From: Bacilli bacterium
Lineage (GTDB): Bacteria > Bacillota_I > Bacilli_A > RF39 > UBA660
Assembly: GCA_017459965.1 (NCBI GenBank)
Contig: JAFUBW010000014.1
Coordinates: forward strand, 199,174-263,173
Direction of reading: 5' to 3'
Length of the DNA: 64,000 nucleotides
How positions within the stretch are numbered: position 1 is the first letter of the stretch; the number at the start of each line of letters is the position of its first letter. The notes beneath the pieces are model-generated. The model was not told the origin of the DNA. It saw nothing but the letters and a program-made list of their open reading frames with translations, and did no database searches. This document shows positions 63,543 through 64,000 of this stretch, in pieces. The position numbers and the translations under genes are program-made.

Positions 63543-64000
63543 TAGTCATTTCCTTATAAACTTTATCAAATGCATCTAAAAATATATTTATTTCTTCTTT
63601 TGTAGTAAGATGAGAAAAACTAATTCTAAGAGATGATAAAGCTAGATTTTTATCATTTGTAATAGCATATACTAATTTTGATGGTGTTTGAGATGGACAA
63701 CAAGATGTTTTAGTAGAAATATATACATCATAATCTTCTAACTTTTTAGCAAATTCAAGTGATTTAATATTATCTATTGCAATATTTAGGGTATGAGGTA
63801 CTGAATCTTTAGTACTAATTATATGCACACCTTTATATTTAGATAAATTATCTTTAACTATATTATTAAGATTAGTTATATATTCATATCTATCTTTCAT
63901 AGTTGAATAAGCTTTTTCTAAAGCTTTATCAAGTGCTACTACCATAGCTGTTACTGGTGTCCCACTTCTATATATAGTTGTACTTTTTCCACCATTTATT
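63529..64000 (-). CDS. cysteine desulfurase (NifS/IscS-like), 5' part outside the window
   Basis: The frame is open to the window end (...GGKSTTIYRSGTPVTAMVVALDKA...). C-terminal LRISFSHLTTKEEI is typical of class V aminotransferases / NifS. Confidence 0.75.
   Translation of the reverse strand, partial: INGGKSTTIYRSGTPVTAMVVALDKALEKAYSTMKDRYEYITNLNNIVKDNLSKYKGVHIISTKDSVPHTLNIAIDNIKSLEFAKKLEDYDVYISTKTSCCPSQTPSKLVYAITNDKNLALSSLRISFSHLTTKEEINIFLDAFDKVYKEMTNGKI

Overview
This 64 kb window is extremely AT-rich (G+C roughly a quarter or less, judged by eye). It reads as a low-GC Firmicutes chromosome of an endospore-former. Almost every gene is on the minus strand, with only five small plus-strand genes, and genes are tightly packed. 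Many intrinsic terminator hairpins overlap stop codons. Gene order closely follows Bacillus-type synteny blocks. The first block is hisS, nth and asnS followed by a candidate 6S-like sRNA, then pgsA, an AI-2E transporter, dtd, mltG and a short alaS. The second is recD2 (yrrC), tig, lon, greA, the yrrO/yrrN/yrrM (U32 peptidases and TrmR) genes, yrzB, ruvX and ireB. The third is mtaB (yqeV), rsmE, spoIIGA-sigE, the CIRCE-regulated hrcA-grpE-dnaK-pepF-dnaJ cluster, lepA, yqxA-like, spoIIP, trmK, sigA and dnaG. The fourth is yqeH, yqeG, prsW, fmt, rseP, cdsA, rnc and yidD, then the infC-rpmI-rplT operon with its L20 leader, and finally ttcA-like and cysteine desulfurase genes. Sporulation genes are present (spoIIGA-sigE, spoIIP, ysxE/cotS-like and spoVID-like), but the hem, prmA and hemN genes expected from the Bacillus order are absent, suggesting a reduced genome. 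Candidate cis-RNAs include a T-box-like leader upstream of a kinase-alaS operon, the L20 leader, and a closed approximately 170-nt structured RNA downstream of asnS. The most unusual locus is a compositionally foreign (GC-richer) secreted tail-fibre-like protein gene. Its promoter/leader carries a C9G4 homopolymer that is a candidate phase-variation switch. It sits next to a beta-helix adhesin-like gene with a perfect 30-nt in-frame tandem duplication. Other oddities are an L20 protein with a Rho_N-like C-terminal extension, an infC that probably starts at AUA, a standalone ClpA/ClpB D1-only AAA+ protein wedged convergent to sigE with a perfect 30-nt palindromic shared terminator, an orphan CheD-like gene, an orphan degenerate ZnuA-like lipoprotein, a standalone triple HA-domain protein, and a pair of very large uncharacterised membrane proteins next to a secreted nuclease.
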